The notes: a model not told the origin generated them from the sequence alone. DNA of 64,000 bases from an uncultured Bacteroidota bacterium (GCA_937129385.1 CAKZNC010000220.1:98604-162603), one strand, 5' to 3'. Numbered from the stretch's first letter, positions 49,434 to 60,338 are shown. Made by a program: numbers and translations.

Positions 49434-50369
49434 TTATTTGCCTGGTTCATTTTTCAGTTCACTCTCAGAAAGCCCATATTTTTCATCTGACTCCCAATTT
49501 CCCATCGGCTCAACATGAACCATAACATCGTACACATTTTCGATGTCTTCTTTAATTACATCTTCAACATTTTTAGCGATATCGTGTGCCTCTTTAACCG
49601 ACAGATCGGGATTTACCTCAATATCCAGGTTGATCATATAATTTGATCCGATCTTTCGGGCCCTGGTCCGGTGTGGGTTATGGGCGCCTTCCACTTTCCT
49701 TATTGCTTTGAACAAACTCCCGTATAATTCCGGATCATCCAGTCCGTCCATGAGCTCCGTATTGGACCTTAAAAAAATCATTATTGCCTCTACCATGATA
49801 AAGATGCTGATGACCAATGCAATGATCTTATCAATAATTGCCACTTCAAACAATACAGTTGCTAGCAGACCAATCAGAACTGCCAATGAGATGAGCATAT
49901 CGTTCCTCATGTGAATACCCATTGTTGAAAACATGTTGCTGTTATTCTTTTTCCCGACCCACTTCAGGTACAAGCTCAATGAGATCTTGCCCGCCATTGA
50001 GAACAGTGTCACATATATTGCAATCATTGAAGGAATCCCGGCAACTTCATTATTGAGCAGCCGCTCGATGGTGGAAATTGCAAGCTGTGCACCGGCGAGG
50101 AATATGAGCATGGACAGCACCTTTGTTGCCACGGTATCGGCCTTCACATATCCGTAAGGAAATTTGATGTTGGGAGGCTTTGAGACCACGCGGGCAGCAA
50201 CGAGTGTAACGATGGAACTAATGATGTCTGCAGAGGAGTCGATCCCGTCGGCAATAACAGCAAAACTACCCGAGATAAATCCAACGATCAGCTTGAGTGT
50301 GGCCAGGAGTGCATTTCCAACGATCGAAACCCATGAAGCAAATATGATTTGTCTGTTCTTTTTTTTCAT
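49434..50369 (-). CDS. Cation diffusion facilitator, FieF/YiiP (Fe/Mn/Zn) clade
   Basis: ADGIDSSAD (D-x3-D site), FPYGY, HMRND, C-terminal ZT_dimer EAHDIA..VHVEP. Confidence 0.9.
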   Translation of the reverse strand: MKKKNRQIIFASWVSIVGNALLATLKLIVGFISGSFAVIADGIDSSADIISSIVTLVAARVVSKPPNIKFPYGYVKADTVATKVLSMLIFLAGAQLAISTIERLLNNEVAGIPSMIAIYVTLFSMAGKISLSLYLKWVGKKNNSNMFSTMGIHMRNDMLISLAVLIGLLATVLFEVAIIDKIIALVISIFIMVEAIMIFLRSNTELMDGLDDPELYGSLFKAIRKVEGAHNPHRTRARKIGSNYMINLDIEVNPDLSVKEAHDIAKNVEDVIKEDIENVYDVMVHVEPMGNWESDEKYGLSESELKNEPGK

Positions 50370-50373
50370 TTTA

Positions 50374-51297
50374 TTAATGTGATCCGGAAATCAACCCCTT
50401 TCCATGGGGGGCATCAAATTCGAATTGCAGGGTGATATGTTGAATATGAAACCTTTTCCTGAGCAGCCGCTCCACTTTGTCTCTTATCACCTGTATTTCG
50501 CTGATCTTAAGATCCGCTCCAACTTCGATATGCGCCTCAAGATGGATTTCGCTTTCACTCAGGTTCCAGACATGCAGGTGATGGATGCTGGTGATCTCGG
50601 GAAATGCTTCAACCTTGTATTGAATTTTTTTAAGGTCAAGGTGTTCGGGGGTTGACTGCATCAGGATATTCACTGCCTCTTTCAGTATAATGTAAGATTC
50701 GCGGATCAGGTAAAGTCCGATCAGGAAGGTAACCAGGGGGTCCAGCCAGTAGATCTCAAACAACTGGATTGCTGCTGCGGCCAGCACAACAACTACTGAA
50801 GAGAGGCTGTCTCCGATCAGGTGCACATATGCAGCCTTTACATTGATGCTTTTTTTGGAATCATTATGAAGCAGTGCAACAGCCAGCACATTTGCCCCCA
50901 GTCCGATCATGGCAACAATGATCACAATCAGTGATTTGACCGGCTCGGGATCCTGAAGCCTTATCCAGGCCTCTTTGAACAGATAGAAACAGATGATGAT
51001 GAGAATGACCGCATTGAGCAAAGCGGCCAGAATTTCCACACGTTTATAGCCAAAGGTTTTCTTTGCGTCAGCCTTGCGTTTGCCCATTCTTATCGCCACA
51101 TATGCGATGAAGGTGGCAAATGTATCACTCAGGTTATGCAGGGCGTCGGACAGAAGCGCCAGGCTGTTGGACAGGATTCCGCCCGCAATCTCAACAACCG
51201 TGATCACAAGGTTCAATAAAGTGGCCACAAGCAGGTTTTTATCATTTACCGGCTTGTGATGATAGTTTTTATATCTTTTCTTCTTTTTTTCCTCCAT
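50374..51297 (-). CDS. Cation diffusion facilitator, CzcD/ZitB (Zn/Cd/Co) clade
   Basis: SLALLSDALHNLSD, TFGYKRVE, HLIGD, IHHLHVW, HITLQFE. Confidence 0.92.
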   Translation of the reverse strand: MEEKKKKRYKNYHHKPVNDKNLLVATLLNLVITVVEIAGGILSNSLALLSDALHNLSDTFATFIAYVAIRMGKRKADAKKTFGYKRVEILAALLNAVILIIICFYLFKEAWIRLQDPEPVKSLIVIIVAMIGLGANVLAVALLHNDSKKSINVKAAYVHLIGDSLSSVVVVLAAAAIQLFEIYWLDPLVTFLIGLYLIRESYIILKEAVNILMQSTPEHLDLKKIQYKVEAFPEITSIHHLHVWNLSESEIHLEAHIEVGADLKISEIQVIRDKVERLLRKRFHIQHITLQFEFDAPHGKGLISGSH

Positions 51298-51298
51298 T

Positions 51299-52123
51299 TT
51301 AAATAAACAATAACAGGCTCAGAGCCATTACAGCCATTCCGCTAATAAACCCATAGATGGAATAGTGATGATGTCCAAACTCCTCTGCTGTGGGGAGCAG
51401 CTCATCAATGGAAATAAACACCATGATTCCTGCAACTGAAGCAAACAGGAATCCAAATACACCATGAGGGATCTCATTGCTGTTAAAAAAGACTGAGAGG
51501 ATCAGGAATGCTGTAAGTGCCCCCACAGGTTCTGCCAGTCCGGAAACCAATGAAAGTAAAAACCCCTTTTTCTTATTACCGGTACCATAAGAAATGGGGA
51601 CAGACACCGCAATTCCCTCCGGAATATTGTGGATGGCAATCGCAATGGCAACCGGAACCGCCAGTTCAGGCTCTGACAGTCCGGCAAGAAATGTGGCGAT
51701 CCCTTCAGGAAAATTATGAATTGCAATGGCCAGTGCTGTAAACAACCCCATTCTAACAAGTCGGGGATCTTTGTAAACATTAGACATCTTCACATCTTCG
51801 ATCCGCTTCACTTCATGCGGGTTTTCATAGGAAGGAATCAGTTTATCGATCAGGGCAATGACGAAAACTCCGGTAAAAAATGCAAGCACCGTTATCCAGG
51901 CACCGCCAGGGGTTCCATATACGAGTTTCAAAGAATCACCGGCCTTGGAGAGGATCTCAACGAATGATACGTAGATCATCACCCCGGCAGAGAACCCCAG
52001 GCTGGCGGACAAGAATTTTGTGTTTGTCTTTTTTGTAAAAAATGCAAGGGCACTTCCGATCCCGGTTGATAACCCGGCAAATACTGTCAATCCAAATGCA
52101 AACCAAAAATTACCAATATCCAT
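51299..52123 (-). CDS. zupT: ZIP-family zinc transporter ZupT
   Basis: [41 protein letters not shown]. Confidence 0.93.
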   Translation of the reverse strand: MDIGNFWFAFGLTVFAGLSTGIGSALAFFTKKTNTKFLSASLGFSAGVMIYVSFVEILSKAGDSLKLVYGTPGGAWITVLAFFTGVFVIALIDKLIPSYENPHEVKRIEDVKMSNVYKDPRLVRMGLFTALAIAIHNFPEGIATFLAGLSEPELAVPVAIAIAIHNIPEGIAVSVPISYGTGNKKKGFLLSLVSGLAEPVGALTAFLILSVFFNSNEIPHGVFGFLFASVAGIMVFISIDELLPTAEEFGHHHYSIYGFISGMAVMALSLLLFI

Positions 52124-52209
52124 GCACCAGTGAGAATTAAATCAATATCATCATTTTCGGGCGCAATCCCCGCATATCGCGGATCCGCGATTGAGCTGAC
52201 TGATTGTGC

Positions 52210-53085
52210 TTATTTCTTTTTCTTTTTGTCCTGCTTTGCTTTTTCAGGAATTGGGGTTTTGGAAAAATATTTCGGTTTTTTCCCTGTATATACAATTAAA
52301 AGAACGCCAATGAGAATAAAGGGCAGACTTAGCCACTGCCCCATGTTCAGCAACATTCCCGATTCAAAAGATACCTGGTCGCGTTTGATAAATTCAATAA
52401 AGAACCTGGCTGCGAAAAGCAATATCAGGAAGATCCCGAAAATAAGTCCGTCCCTGATCTCGTCTTTCCGCCTTTTATAGAATATGAACAGGATGACAAA
52501 GATCAGCAGGTAGCTCAGGGCTTCGTAAATCTGGGTGGGATGGCTTGGAACATTCTGCAGGATCTCTCCCGTATTGGGATCCCTTACCACATCCCTGACA
52601 AAGAGAAATGCCCAGGGAACATCCGTGGCCCTGCCGTATATCTCAGAATTGAAAAGGTTCCCGGTACGGATAAATGCACCACCAAGCGGGACGACGATCA
52701 CGATTCTGTCCATCAGCCAGAGGAATGAGAGTTTGTGTTTCCTTATATAGAGCCACAAAGCTAGCACTATTCCGATAGCAGCACCATGACTGGCCAGTCC
52801 GCCCTCCCATATCTTAAGAATCTCAACGGGGTTTTTCAGGTAGAATGCGGGTTCATAAAAAAGGCAATGGCCAAGGCGGGCACCGGCGATCGTACCTATG
52901 GCCACATAGATCAGGAGCTGATCGAGCATTTCAGCATCCAGGCGCTTAATTTTGAGGGCCTTTGTAAATACAAGGTAACCCGAAAGGAATGCACCAGCAA
53001 ACATCAGGCCGTACCACCGGATCGATAGTCCGCCAATGCTGAAAATTTCTGGATCAACATTCCAGGTGATATAATTCAGTATCAT
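52210..53085 (-). CDS. lgt: Prolipoprotein diacylglyceryl transferase
   Basis: RWYG, GARLGH, GGLASHG, RTGNLFNSEIYG, HPTQIYE, RFFIEF, MGQWLS. Confidence 0.96.
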   Translation of the reverse strand: MILNYITWNVDPEIFSIGGLSIRWYGLMFAGAFLSGYLVFTKALKIKRLDAEMLDQLLIYVAIGTIAGARLGHCLFYEPAFYLKNPVEILKIWEGGLASHGAAIGIVLALWLYIRKHKLSFLWLMDRIVIVVPLGGAFIRTGNLFNSEIYGRATDVPWAFLFVRDVVRDPNTGEILQNVPSHPTQIYEALSYLLIFVILFIFYKRRKDEIRDGLIFGIFLILLFAARFFIEFIKRDQVSFESGMLLNMGQWLSLPFILIGVLLIVYTGKKPKYFSKTPIPEKAKQDKKKKK

Positions 53086-53291
53086 GTTGTTGTGTTTTTG
53101 AAGGGATAAAGCTACAAATTATATACTATTCTTACTCACACAGAGTTTAATTAAATACACCCTCGGGTTACTCTCCCTGCAAGAAGGAGAAATTTCCGCT
53201 ATTTTCCAGCCAGCTGTTTGAAAAAAAATTTGCGGGGATGCTTCTCATACGCACGGAGAGAGATTTTTTGCAGAACAGATGATGGAATAAC

Positions 53292-53299
53292 TATCTTTG
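53292..53299 (+). promoter_or_regulatory. -7 element TATCTTTG for the Ig-like lipoprotein
   Basis: TAnnTTTG consensus 9 nt before ATG 53309 (very short leader). Confidence 0.55.
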
Positions 53300-53308
53300 C
53301 AATCCAGT

Positions 53309-55210
53309 ATGAGAACAAAATCTTTCATAGTCCCCATTACAATACTGTTGGCATTCCTGATTGCCCGGGGATGTGCCCAGCAGGGCGCACCAACCGGGGG
53401 TCCGCAGGATGAAACACCTCCGAAAGTTTTAAGCACCGATCCCCCCAATTATTCGACGCATTTTAATACTGACAAGATCACCATAACATTCGATGAGTAC
53501 CTGGACATGGGGAATTTTACCCAGGAACTTGTTGTTTCCCCTCCCATGGAGGAGAAGCCCCTGGTCAGGATGAGGAAAAAATCATTGATCATAGATTTTG
53601 AAGAGGAGCTGAAGGAGGATGTTACATATACATTCAATTTCGGAGAAGGTATCAAGGATCTTAATGAGCAGAATGTATTGATGAACTATGAATATGTATT
53701 TTCCACCGGTGATTATCTGGATTCGCTGTCTGTCAAGGGTCGCTTGCGGAATGCTTTTGACCTGACCATCCCGGAGACGCCCATATTTGTTATGTTGTAC
53801 CGATCGTTGGAGGATTCTGTTCCGCTGACTGAAATTCCATATTATGTAGGAAGAGCAGACAAGGAGGGTAATTTTGCAGTCAACAACCTCAGGGAGGATA
53901 TTTACAAGATCTTTGTACTTAAGGACGGCAACAACAATTTCCTTTATGACCTTCCAGCCGAGAAGATCGCATTTCTTGATACGAGCTTAAGGGTGGATGG
54001 TGCATATTTCAGAAAGCTGCTCCTTGAAAGTGGCACATATGATTCTTCGGACCTTCAACCGGACACCCTGCGACTGGATGTTGACACAACCGGGATGAGC
54101 AGTGATTCGATTACGATGCTGCTGGATTCACTTGAATCGCTCAAACCAGATTTCAATGCGCTATATGTGGACATGTTCATGTTTGAAGAGAAATCACTGA
54201 ATCAATTCATCAGCGAATATGACAGGGAAGCGCGTGAGAAATTGACCATGGTATTCAATATTCCGCTGACGGACAGTTTCAGCTATTCGCCGATCATTCC
54301 CGAATTCCTTGGGATGAAGGATTTGGTTCCTGAATTTGGTCTTGCCAGGGATTCACTTACGATCTGGCTTGGAGACACGGTTGTGGCGGCCCAGGACACT
54401 ATAGGTATACAGCTTCAGTATACTGTCTATGATTCCCTGAGTCAGCCCCAGCTCAAAAACGATACGCTGATTTTTGTTTTCCGCGACCCTTCCTCAAAAA
54501 ATAGTAAGGATGCAAAGGAAAATGAGCCGGAGGCCCTAAATGTCTCCATGGTTCGCAACCGGGGAAAGCACCACATACAGAAAGACCTGACTTTTACAAT
54601 TCCACAACCTCTAAAGACCATTGACCCTTCTAAATTTGAACTTTTCATCATTCCCGATACTATAGAAGTTCCTGTCAGTTTCACCCCCGTTCAGGATACG
54701 GCACACATCCGAAAAGCAAGGATCAGTCATGAATGGAAGGAGGAGGCGAAGTACAAGATCGTGCTCTACCCGGGAGCGATCCAAAACATTTATGGTGTGA
54801 CCAATGACACTTCCATTTCAACGTTCCAGATCCGGCCACTGGCAGAATACGGGCAGATCAACCTGACAATCGAGAATGTCCAGGATACGCTACTGATACA
54901 ACTTTTTGCAAAAAACAAAATGGTCAGAGAAAGCACAGCCCACGGACCGGGTACATATTCGTTCGGCTTCCTTGAACCGGCGACCTACCGAATTAAATTC
55001 ATTCATGACAGGAATAATAACGGGGATTGGGATACAGGAAAATATATTGAAGGAAGACAACCGGAAAAAGTCGAATTTCTGACCAGGGATATGAAAGTGC
55101 GGGCCAACTGGGACCATAATGCTACATATGTGATGGGTTCCAATATTGAACCGCCGGCAGAAGCAGAAAACATTTCCACAGAAGGAGGCAAAGAGGATCC
55201 ATTGTTTTGA
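53309..55210 (+). CDS. Ig-like (Big_5) domain lipoprotein conserved in Bacteroidota
   Basis: Lipobox-like ARGC followed by AQQGAPTGGPQDETPP, FDEY, FSTG, D.N.NG.WDTG..QPE. Confidence 0.8.
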   Translation: MRTKSFIVPITILLAFLIARGCAQQGAPTGGPQDETPPKVLSTDPPNYSTHFNTDKITITFDEYLDMGNFTQELVVSPPMEEKPLVRMRKKSLIIDFEEELKEDVTYTFNFGEGIKDLNEQNVLMNYEYVFSTGDYLDSLSVKGRLRNAFDLTIPETPIFVMLYRSLEDSVPLTEIPYYVGRADKEGNFAVNNLREDIYKIFVLKDGNNNFLYDLPAEKIAFLDTSLRVDGAYFRKLLLESGTYDSSDLQPDTLRLDVDTTGMSSDSITMLLDSLESLKPDFNALYVDMFMFEEKSLNQFISEYDREAREKLTMVFNIPLTDSFSYSPIIPEFLGMKDLVPEFGLARDSLTIWLGDTVVAAQDTIGIQLQYTVYDSLSQPQLKNDTLIFVFRDPSSKNSKDAKENEPEALNVSMVRNRGKHHIQKDLTFTIPQPLKTIDPSKFELFIIPDTIEVPVSFTPVQDTAHIRKARISHEWKEEAKYKIVLYPGAIQNIYGVTNDTSISTFQIRPLAEYGQINLTIENVQDTLLIQLFAKNKMVRESTAHGPGTYSFGFLEPATYRIKFIHDRNNNGDWDTGKYIEGRQPEKVEFLTRDMKVRANWDHNATYVMGSNIEPPAEAENISTEGGKEDPLF

Positions 55211-55279
55211 TCTGCCAGGAGCCGGGTTCTGTTTGAGAATTCCCTAAAGGCAGATGGAGGCTGGTCCCGTGTTCAGTTC

Positions 55280-56236
55280 TTAAATCTCTTTCCAGACCAA
55301 TGCAGCAGCACCCAAAACTGCGATATTCTTATCGAGCAGCGCAGAGGGGAGTATTTTGATCTTGCCCCTGAAGATCTCAAGAACATTCTCATCCATGGCA
55401 CATTTTGTGGGATCAAAGATCCAGGATCCGGCTTTTGCGAGTCCGCCGAAGAGGAATATGGCTTGCGGACTTATATGTGCTACTGTATCCGCAAGCGCCT
55501 TTCCCAGCATAATGCCGGTGCGTTTAAATGCCTTTTTTGCAATGGGATCTCCAGCGATTGCAGCATCGGTAATATCCTTTGCCTCGAGTTTGTCAAAAGT
55601 TGTCTTTCTGAATATTGTTTCATCGGTCTCAGAAGAAAGAAGTTCGAACACGGTTCTTTTGATTCCGGTAGCAGATACGTAAGTCTCAAGACATCCACGT
55701 TTTCCACAGCCACATTTGCGGCCGTTTTCAACTACATTCACATGGCCGAGCTCACCTGCAAATCCGTCATGACCATAAACCAGGTCTCCATTTACGATGA
55801 TCCCGCTGCCGAGTCCGGTTCCCAGGGTGATCATCAGGAAATTCTTCATATTCTGGGCCGCCCCGAAGACCATCTCTCCGATGGCTGCTGCATTGGCATC
55901 ATTGGTAATTGCAACCGGCAGGTTAAATTTTGTACTGAATATTTCAGCGAATGGAATAACGCCCTTCCAGATAAGGTTTGGAGCAAACTCAATATTGCCG
56001 GTATAATAGTTTGCATTTGGCGCCCCGACACCGATCCCCATCAGCTTGTATTTCTCTTTTTCGTTCTCAAGAAAGTTATTGATCCGTTCCCTGATCGCAT
56101 CTGCAAACAGATTGGGATCGTCGTATTTGTCTGTTTCAATAAACGCCTCGTAATATAGATTTCCGGAACGGTCAGCAATTCCCATTTTAGTATAGGTGCC
56201 GCCTATATCAATTCCAATAACAACTTCCACCGTCAT
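55280..56236 (-). CDS. ROK family sugar kinase (glucokinase-like)
   Basis: IDIGGT, NDANAAAIGE, TLGTGLGSG, GELGH, CGCGKRGCLE. Confidence 0.92.
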   Translation of the reverse strand: MTVEVVIGIDIGGTYTKMGIADRSGNLYYEAFIETDKYDDPNLFADAIRERINNFLENEKEKYKLMGIGVGAPNANYYTGNIEFAPNLIWKGVIPFAEIFSTKFNLPVAITNDANAAAIGEMVFGAAQNMKNFLMITLGTGLGSGIIVNGDLVYGHDGFAGELGHVNVVENGRKCGCGKRGCLETYVSATGIKRTVFELLSSETDETIFRKTTFDKLEAKDITDAAIAGDPIAKKAFKRTGIMLGKALADTVAHISPQAIFLFGGLAKAGSWIFDPTKCAMDENVLEIFRGKIKILPSALLDKNIAVLGAAALVWKEI

Positions 56237-56263
56237 AATTTCCCCTGTATTTGGTCAGGAAAA

Positions 56264-56271
56264 CAAAAATA
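56264..56271 (-). promoter_or_regulatory. -7 element TATTTTTG for the ROK kinase
   Basis: TAnnTTTG consensus 27 nt before the ATG. Confidence 0.55.
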
Positions 56272-56525
56272 TAACAAATAGTTCACACCTTCAAGGAAAC
56301 AGTGATAAGCCGTATTGTATGGGGTTTCCATTATACACCAACCTCCTGCCGATCCTGCAATGAATCCCGATATACAGCCTTGTTAATTAATCAATTTGCT
56401 CAAGTCATGAAAGGCCCCGGTTATGTTCTCTTTATTACATGTTATATATACATGAACACTGGTTTATCTCTGGGGAATTGTGGAATATTTTATAAATTAG
56501 CTGTATAAACCAAAAACAATACCTC

Positions 56526-57386
56526 ATGAAAAGCTTCATTATTCCCATCGATTTTTCCAGGGAATCGATCGCCGGTCTGGACATGGCAGTATTATTTTCC
56601 CAGAAGAAGGAGATCAATATTCAGATGGTCTATGTGATTACATCCATTACCGATTATCATCCGAGTTCCATCAGTGACGAGCACAAATTTGCAGAGGAGC
56701 GGTTTAAAAAACTGATCAGCGAATATGAGCCTAAGCTTGGAAAAAATTCAAAACTCAGGTACATCATTAAAAAGGGGAAAGTATACCGGGAGATCGTGAG
56801 CCAGGTAAACAGCTACAAAGATGCGATGGTCAGCGCCTCGACGCACGGCGCCTCCGGGTTCGAAGAGCTTTTCGTGGGCAGTAATGCACTGAAGATCATG
56901 TCTGCAACCAGCAATCCGGTCCTGACAGTCAGGAAAAGCCCGGTTCCGGACAAAATTCAGAAAGTCCTGCTGCCCATCAAGCTTCATCCGGATACACGAC
57001 AGAAGGTACCCACGGCAGTGGAGATCGCCAGGCTTTTTGAAGCTGAAGTGCATGTTTTGGGTATATCAACCACAAAGAACAGACGGGACCTGGAGCGCCT
57101 GGAGTCTTATAGTAAGCAGACAATGGGTTTCCTTGAAAGCAGGGATGTAAAGGTCGTGCATCATATGGTAACGGGGGACAGTCTGCCCACACTCACTCTT
57201 AATTACGCTGAGGCGATTGATACCGATCTGATCATCATGATGTCGAGCGCCATTGACAAGTGGAATGTTTTTTTCGGCAGCTATGCTCAACAGATGCTGA
57301 ACAGGTCAAAATTGCCACTCCTCAGTATTAAACCAAGACCCAAGCAGTTGCCAACAGGTTTTAATACATTCGGACCTGAATTATGA
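56526..57386 (+). CDS. Tandem-domain universal stress protein
   Basis: IIPIDFS, THGASGFEELFVGSNA, PVLTV, second Usp domain with GSYAQQM. Confidence 0.88.
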   Translation: MKSFIIPIDFSRESIAGLDMAVLFSQKKEINIQMVYVITSITDYHPSSISDEHKFAEERFKKLISEYEPKLGKNSKLRYIIKKGKVYREIVSQVNSYKDAMVSASTHGASGFEELFVGSNALKIMSATSNPVLTVRKSPVPDKIQKVLLPIKLHPDTRQKVPTAVEIARLFEAEVHVLGISTTKNRRDLERLESYSKQTMGFLESRDVKVVHHMVTGDSLPTLTLNYAEAIDTDLIIMMSSAIDKWNVFFGSYAQQMLNRSKLPLLSIKPRPKQLPTGFNTFGPEL

Positions 57387-58054
57387 GATCAGTAGTAATT
57401 GTTGCAGGAGGGACAGGATCACGGATGCAATCGGAAACGCCAAAGCAGTTTCTTGAACTGCTTGGTAAGCCGGTCATCATATGGACGATTGAGAAATTCA
57501 TTGAGTTTGACAGGGAAATGAAGATCATCCTGGTATTGCCCGAGAGTCACCTGATCGTCTGGCATGGGTTGAGGGACAGGTACAGTATCACTGAAAAGGT
57601 AATCACGACCTCGGGTGGCGCCACTCGCTTTCATTCTGTGATGGAAGGGCTTGCCAATGTACACCCCGGGGAGATCGTCGGGATCCACGATGCTGTCAGG
57701 CCCCTGGTATCCGTTGAAACACTGAAAAAATGTTACGGTGAAGCTGAAAAGTCGGGCAGCGCAGTTCCCGTGATCGAAGCGGAGGATTCATTGCGCACAG
57801 TCATAGGCAAGGGAAGCAGCATTCTTGATCGTTCAACGGTTAAGCGGGTCCAGACTCCACAGGTATTCCAGGCGCATAAAATTCTGACTGCTTATGAGAA
57901 CAGCCTGGAGCAAAGTTACACCGATGATGCTTCTGTTTATGAATCCTATTTTGGTCAGATCACCCTGGTAGAGGGCAACGTGGAGAACATCAAGATCACC
58001 TTTCCTTCAGACATGCGTGTTGCTGCGGCACTCCTTGCTGAATCAGATCAATAA
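57383..58054 (+). CDS. ispD: 2-C-methyl-D-erythritol 4-phosphate cytidylyltransferase
   Basis: VAGGTGSRM, PKQF, GGATRFHSV, IHDAVRP, VQTPQ, TDD, NIKITFPSD. Confidence 0.95.
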   Translation: MRSVVIVAGGTGSRMQSETPKQFLELLGKPVIIWTIEKFIEFDREMKIILVLPESHLIVWHGLRDRYSITEKVITTSGGATRFHSVMEGLANVHPGEIVGIHDAVRPLVSVETLKKCYGEAEKSGSAVPVIEAEDSLRTVIGKGSSILDRSTVKRVQTPQVFQAHKILTAYENSLEQSYTDDASVYESYFGQITLVEGNVENIKITFPSDMRVAAALLAESDQ

Positions 58055-58758
58055 TCGTCTTCTGAGCGCGATTTGACATGCTCGATCTCTCCTCCCAGTC
58101 TGGTCTTCGTCTCTACAATTTCAGGATCGCCCATGTAGCCGATGTATCCCTTTGTATTGGCTGTTGCGTCAAGCATCGATGAGGCTTTCACCTTGCCCTG
58201 TGATCCGGACACAACACGGATGTTTGTCTCACTGCACTCCAGGTCATAGGCAAGGTAATTACCGCCGGTGTTGACAGTAACCTGCTGTGATTGCACCTTT
58301 CCGTACAAAACAATATCAGAAACCTGCGAGATGTTTGCAATGATCTTTTCTGCACCAACACTTAATTCAATCTTACCCCCTGTGCCTGCCTCAAGTTCCA
58401 GGGTCTCTCCTGTAAGATCCCTGGCGGAATTGATCTTTGCGCCAGCAAGTGCTTTGATCCTTTTAAGTTTGGTATAGGGGAGCCGAATACTTATCATGTC
58501 ATCCTTATTGATCCTGGTGGGGACTTTGAGCTTGAGTTCGCCATCCCTGAATGTCACTTCAACAAGACCGGGCTGACCGTTGGAGGAGGTAATGCTCATC
58601 TCTCCGGAAGAGGCGTGAATCAGTTCCACATCGACCCTCCCTGAAACGACCAGTTCCCGAAACGGTTCGACCTCCATGGTTATGCGATTTTGTGCAGAAC
58701 AATCAGTCCAGGTCAGGATGAAAAGAAACAGGTATACGGGAAGTACTTTTCTGATCAT
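58048..58758 (-). CDS. Head GIN domain (DUF2807) exported protein
   Basis: Signal peptide and a repetitive Gly/Ser beta-helix-like pattern ending GYIGYMGDP. Confidence 0.75.
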   Translation of the reverse strand: MIRKVLPVYLFLFILTWTDCSAQNRITMEVEPFRELVVSGRVDVELIHASSGEMSITSSNGQPGLVEVTFRDGELKLKVPTRINKDDMISIRLPYTKLKRIKALAGAKINSARDLTGETLELEAGTGGKIELSVGAEKIIANISQVSDIVLYGKVQSQQVTVNTGGNYLAYDLECSETNIRVVSGSQGKVKASSMLDATANTKGYIGYMGDPEIVETKTRLGGEIEHVKSRSEDDY

Positions 58759-58900
58759 GGCTGGAATTTTTCCTAAAATTAAACAAATTCATTGATCAGC
58801 AACACAATTTTTGGTGCATTGCAATCTTCAGTTCCGCAATACGTTATTTTCCTAGATTGGGTTTTCTTTGCTACCTTGCGACCCTGTTCAATTCGAGCTG

Positions 58901-60325
58901 ATGATCAGACTGAAACATTTGTTAATCCTGTTCCTGACAGGAATCATGGTTTTTAAACTTACCGGGCAGTCGGAACGGGTCATTCCCGATCACCAGCTGT
59001 TGATCGACCGTATACTTATTGAGGGAAACCGGGTGACAAAACGCAATATTATTCTTCGAGAACTGACCTTTTCACCCGGAGACACAATTGATAAAATTGA
59101 GCTCATCCCGGCAATTGAAAGGAGCCGGGAAAATCTCCTGAACCTGTCACTATTCAATTTCGTATCGCTCGATGCCAGTCATCACCCCGGAAATCATATA
59201 GATGTAATTGTAAATGTACAGGAGAGATGGTACATTTGGCCGACCCCCATCTTTGAGCATGGAGAGCGAAATCTCAGCACATTTTTAAAAGAACCCCGGT
59301 GGAACAGGTTGAATTACGGACTCTGGCTCAAATGGAATAATTTCCGTGGGATGAATGAATTACTGAACCTGAAGATCAGGCTTGGTTACAAGGAACAATA
59401 CGTACTTCAGTATGAGAAACCCAACCTGGGCGTCGACGAGAATCATGCGATATCACTCAGTTACAGCTTAAGCAGGCAACACAGGGTGAATTACATCACC
59501 CTTGAGAACCGCCCCATCTATTTCAGGGATGAAGAGAATTATGCCTTGAGTACCGCAGATGCTTTTGCGGCCTATGCATACAGGCCGGGGCTCTATTCCA
59601 GGCACAGGATCAGGCTTCACTATGTGGATGATTGGATCAGTGATACAGTTGCTGTATTGAACCCCGGTTTTTTTGGTGACGGGTATACGCGTTACCGGCA
59701 TTTTAAGATCGATTATGTCTACAGGTTTGACAAGCGGGACTCCAGGATCTATCCACTGGAGGGCAATGCATATAAATTCAAGATACAGCGATTCGGCCTG
59801 GGACTGATACCCGGTTATCCATATGGCAACTGGGAATTTGAAGCAGCCTCATTTTTGCACAGGAAAGTGGCCAACCGGTTCTATATGGCCAACGTAACAA
59901 AGGCCAGGCTGTTCACGAACAAGGACCTGCCCCTTATACAGCAGAAAGCGCTCGGATATGCCGAGTACATGACCGGTTACGATGCATATGTAATTGACGG
60001 ATCTGATTATTTCATCAGTAAATTGATCCTGAAATACCAGCTTATGAAGCCCTCAGCATTTACAATTCCTTTTATCAATGCAAAACAATTCAGCAAAGTA
60101 CATTTTTCCATATACCTCAATCTCCTTGGAGATGTAGGTTATGTCAACCAGCCCGGACTGACGGATCCTACCAATACCATGGTAAATGCGCTTCAATACA
60201 GTACGGGAATCGGACTTGATTTTGTAACTTACTACGACAAGGTGCTGGGTGTGGAATATGCCATCAACCGGTATGGAGTTGGGGGATTCTTTTTTCATGT
60301 TACCACCCCGTTTTTTGATTGGTAA
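58901..60325 (+). CDS. POTRA + Omp85/BamA-TamA-like outer membrane protein
   Basis: POTRA motif IEGNRVTKRNIILREL..NLSLF..V.ERWY, NNFRG, beta-barrel C-terminus; start moved to MIRLKH. Confidence 0.75.
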   Translation: MIRLKHLLILFLTGIMVFKLTGQSERVIPDHQLLIDRILIEGNRVTKRNIILRELTFSPGDTIDKIELIPAIERSRENLLNLSLFNFVSLDASHHPGNHIDVIVNVQERWYIWPTPIFEHGERNLSTFLKEPRWNRLNYGLWLKWNNFRGMNELLNLKIRLGYKEQYVLQYEKPNLGVDENHAISLSYSLSRQHRVNYITLENRPIYFRDEENYALSTADAFAAYAYRPGLYSRHRIRLHYVDDWISDTVAVLNPGFFGDGYTRYRHFKIDYVYRFDKRDSRIYPLEGNAYKFKIQRFGLGLIPGYPYGNWEFEAASFLHRKVANRFYMANVTKARLFTNKDLPLIQQKALGYAEYMTGYDAYVIDGSDYFISKLILKYQLMKPSAFTIPFINAKQFSKVHFSIYLNLLGDVGYVNQPGLTDPTNTMVNALQYSTGIGLDFVTYYDKVLGVEYAINRYGVGGFFFHVTTPFFDW

Positions 60326-60338
60326 AAAAGGGAAAATT

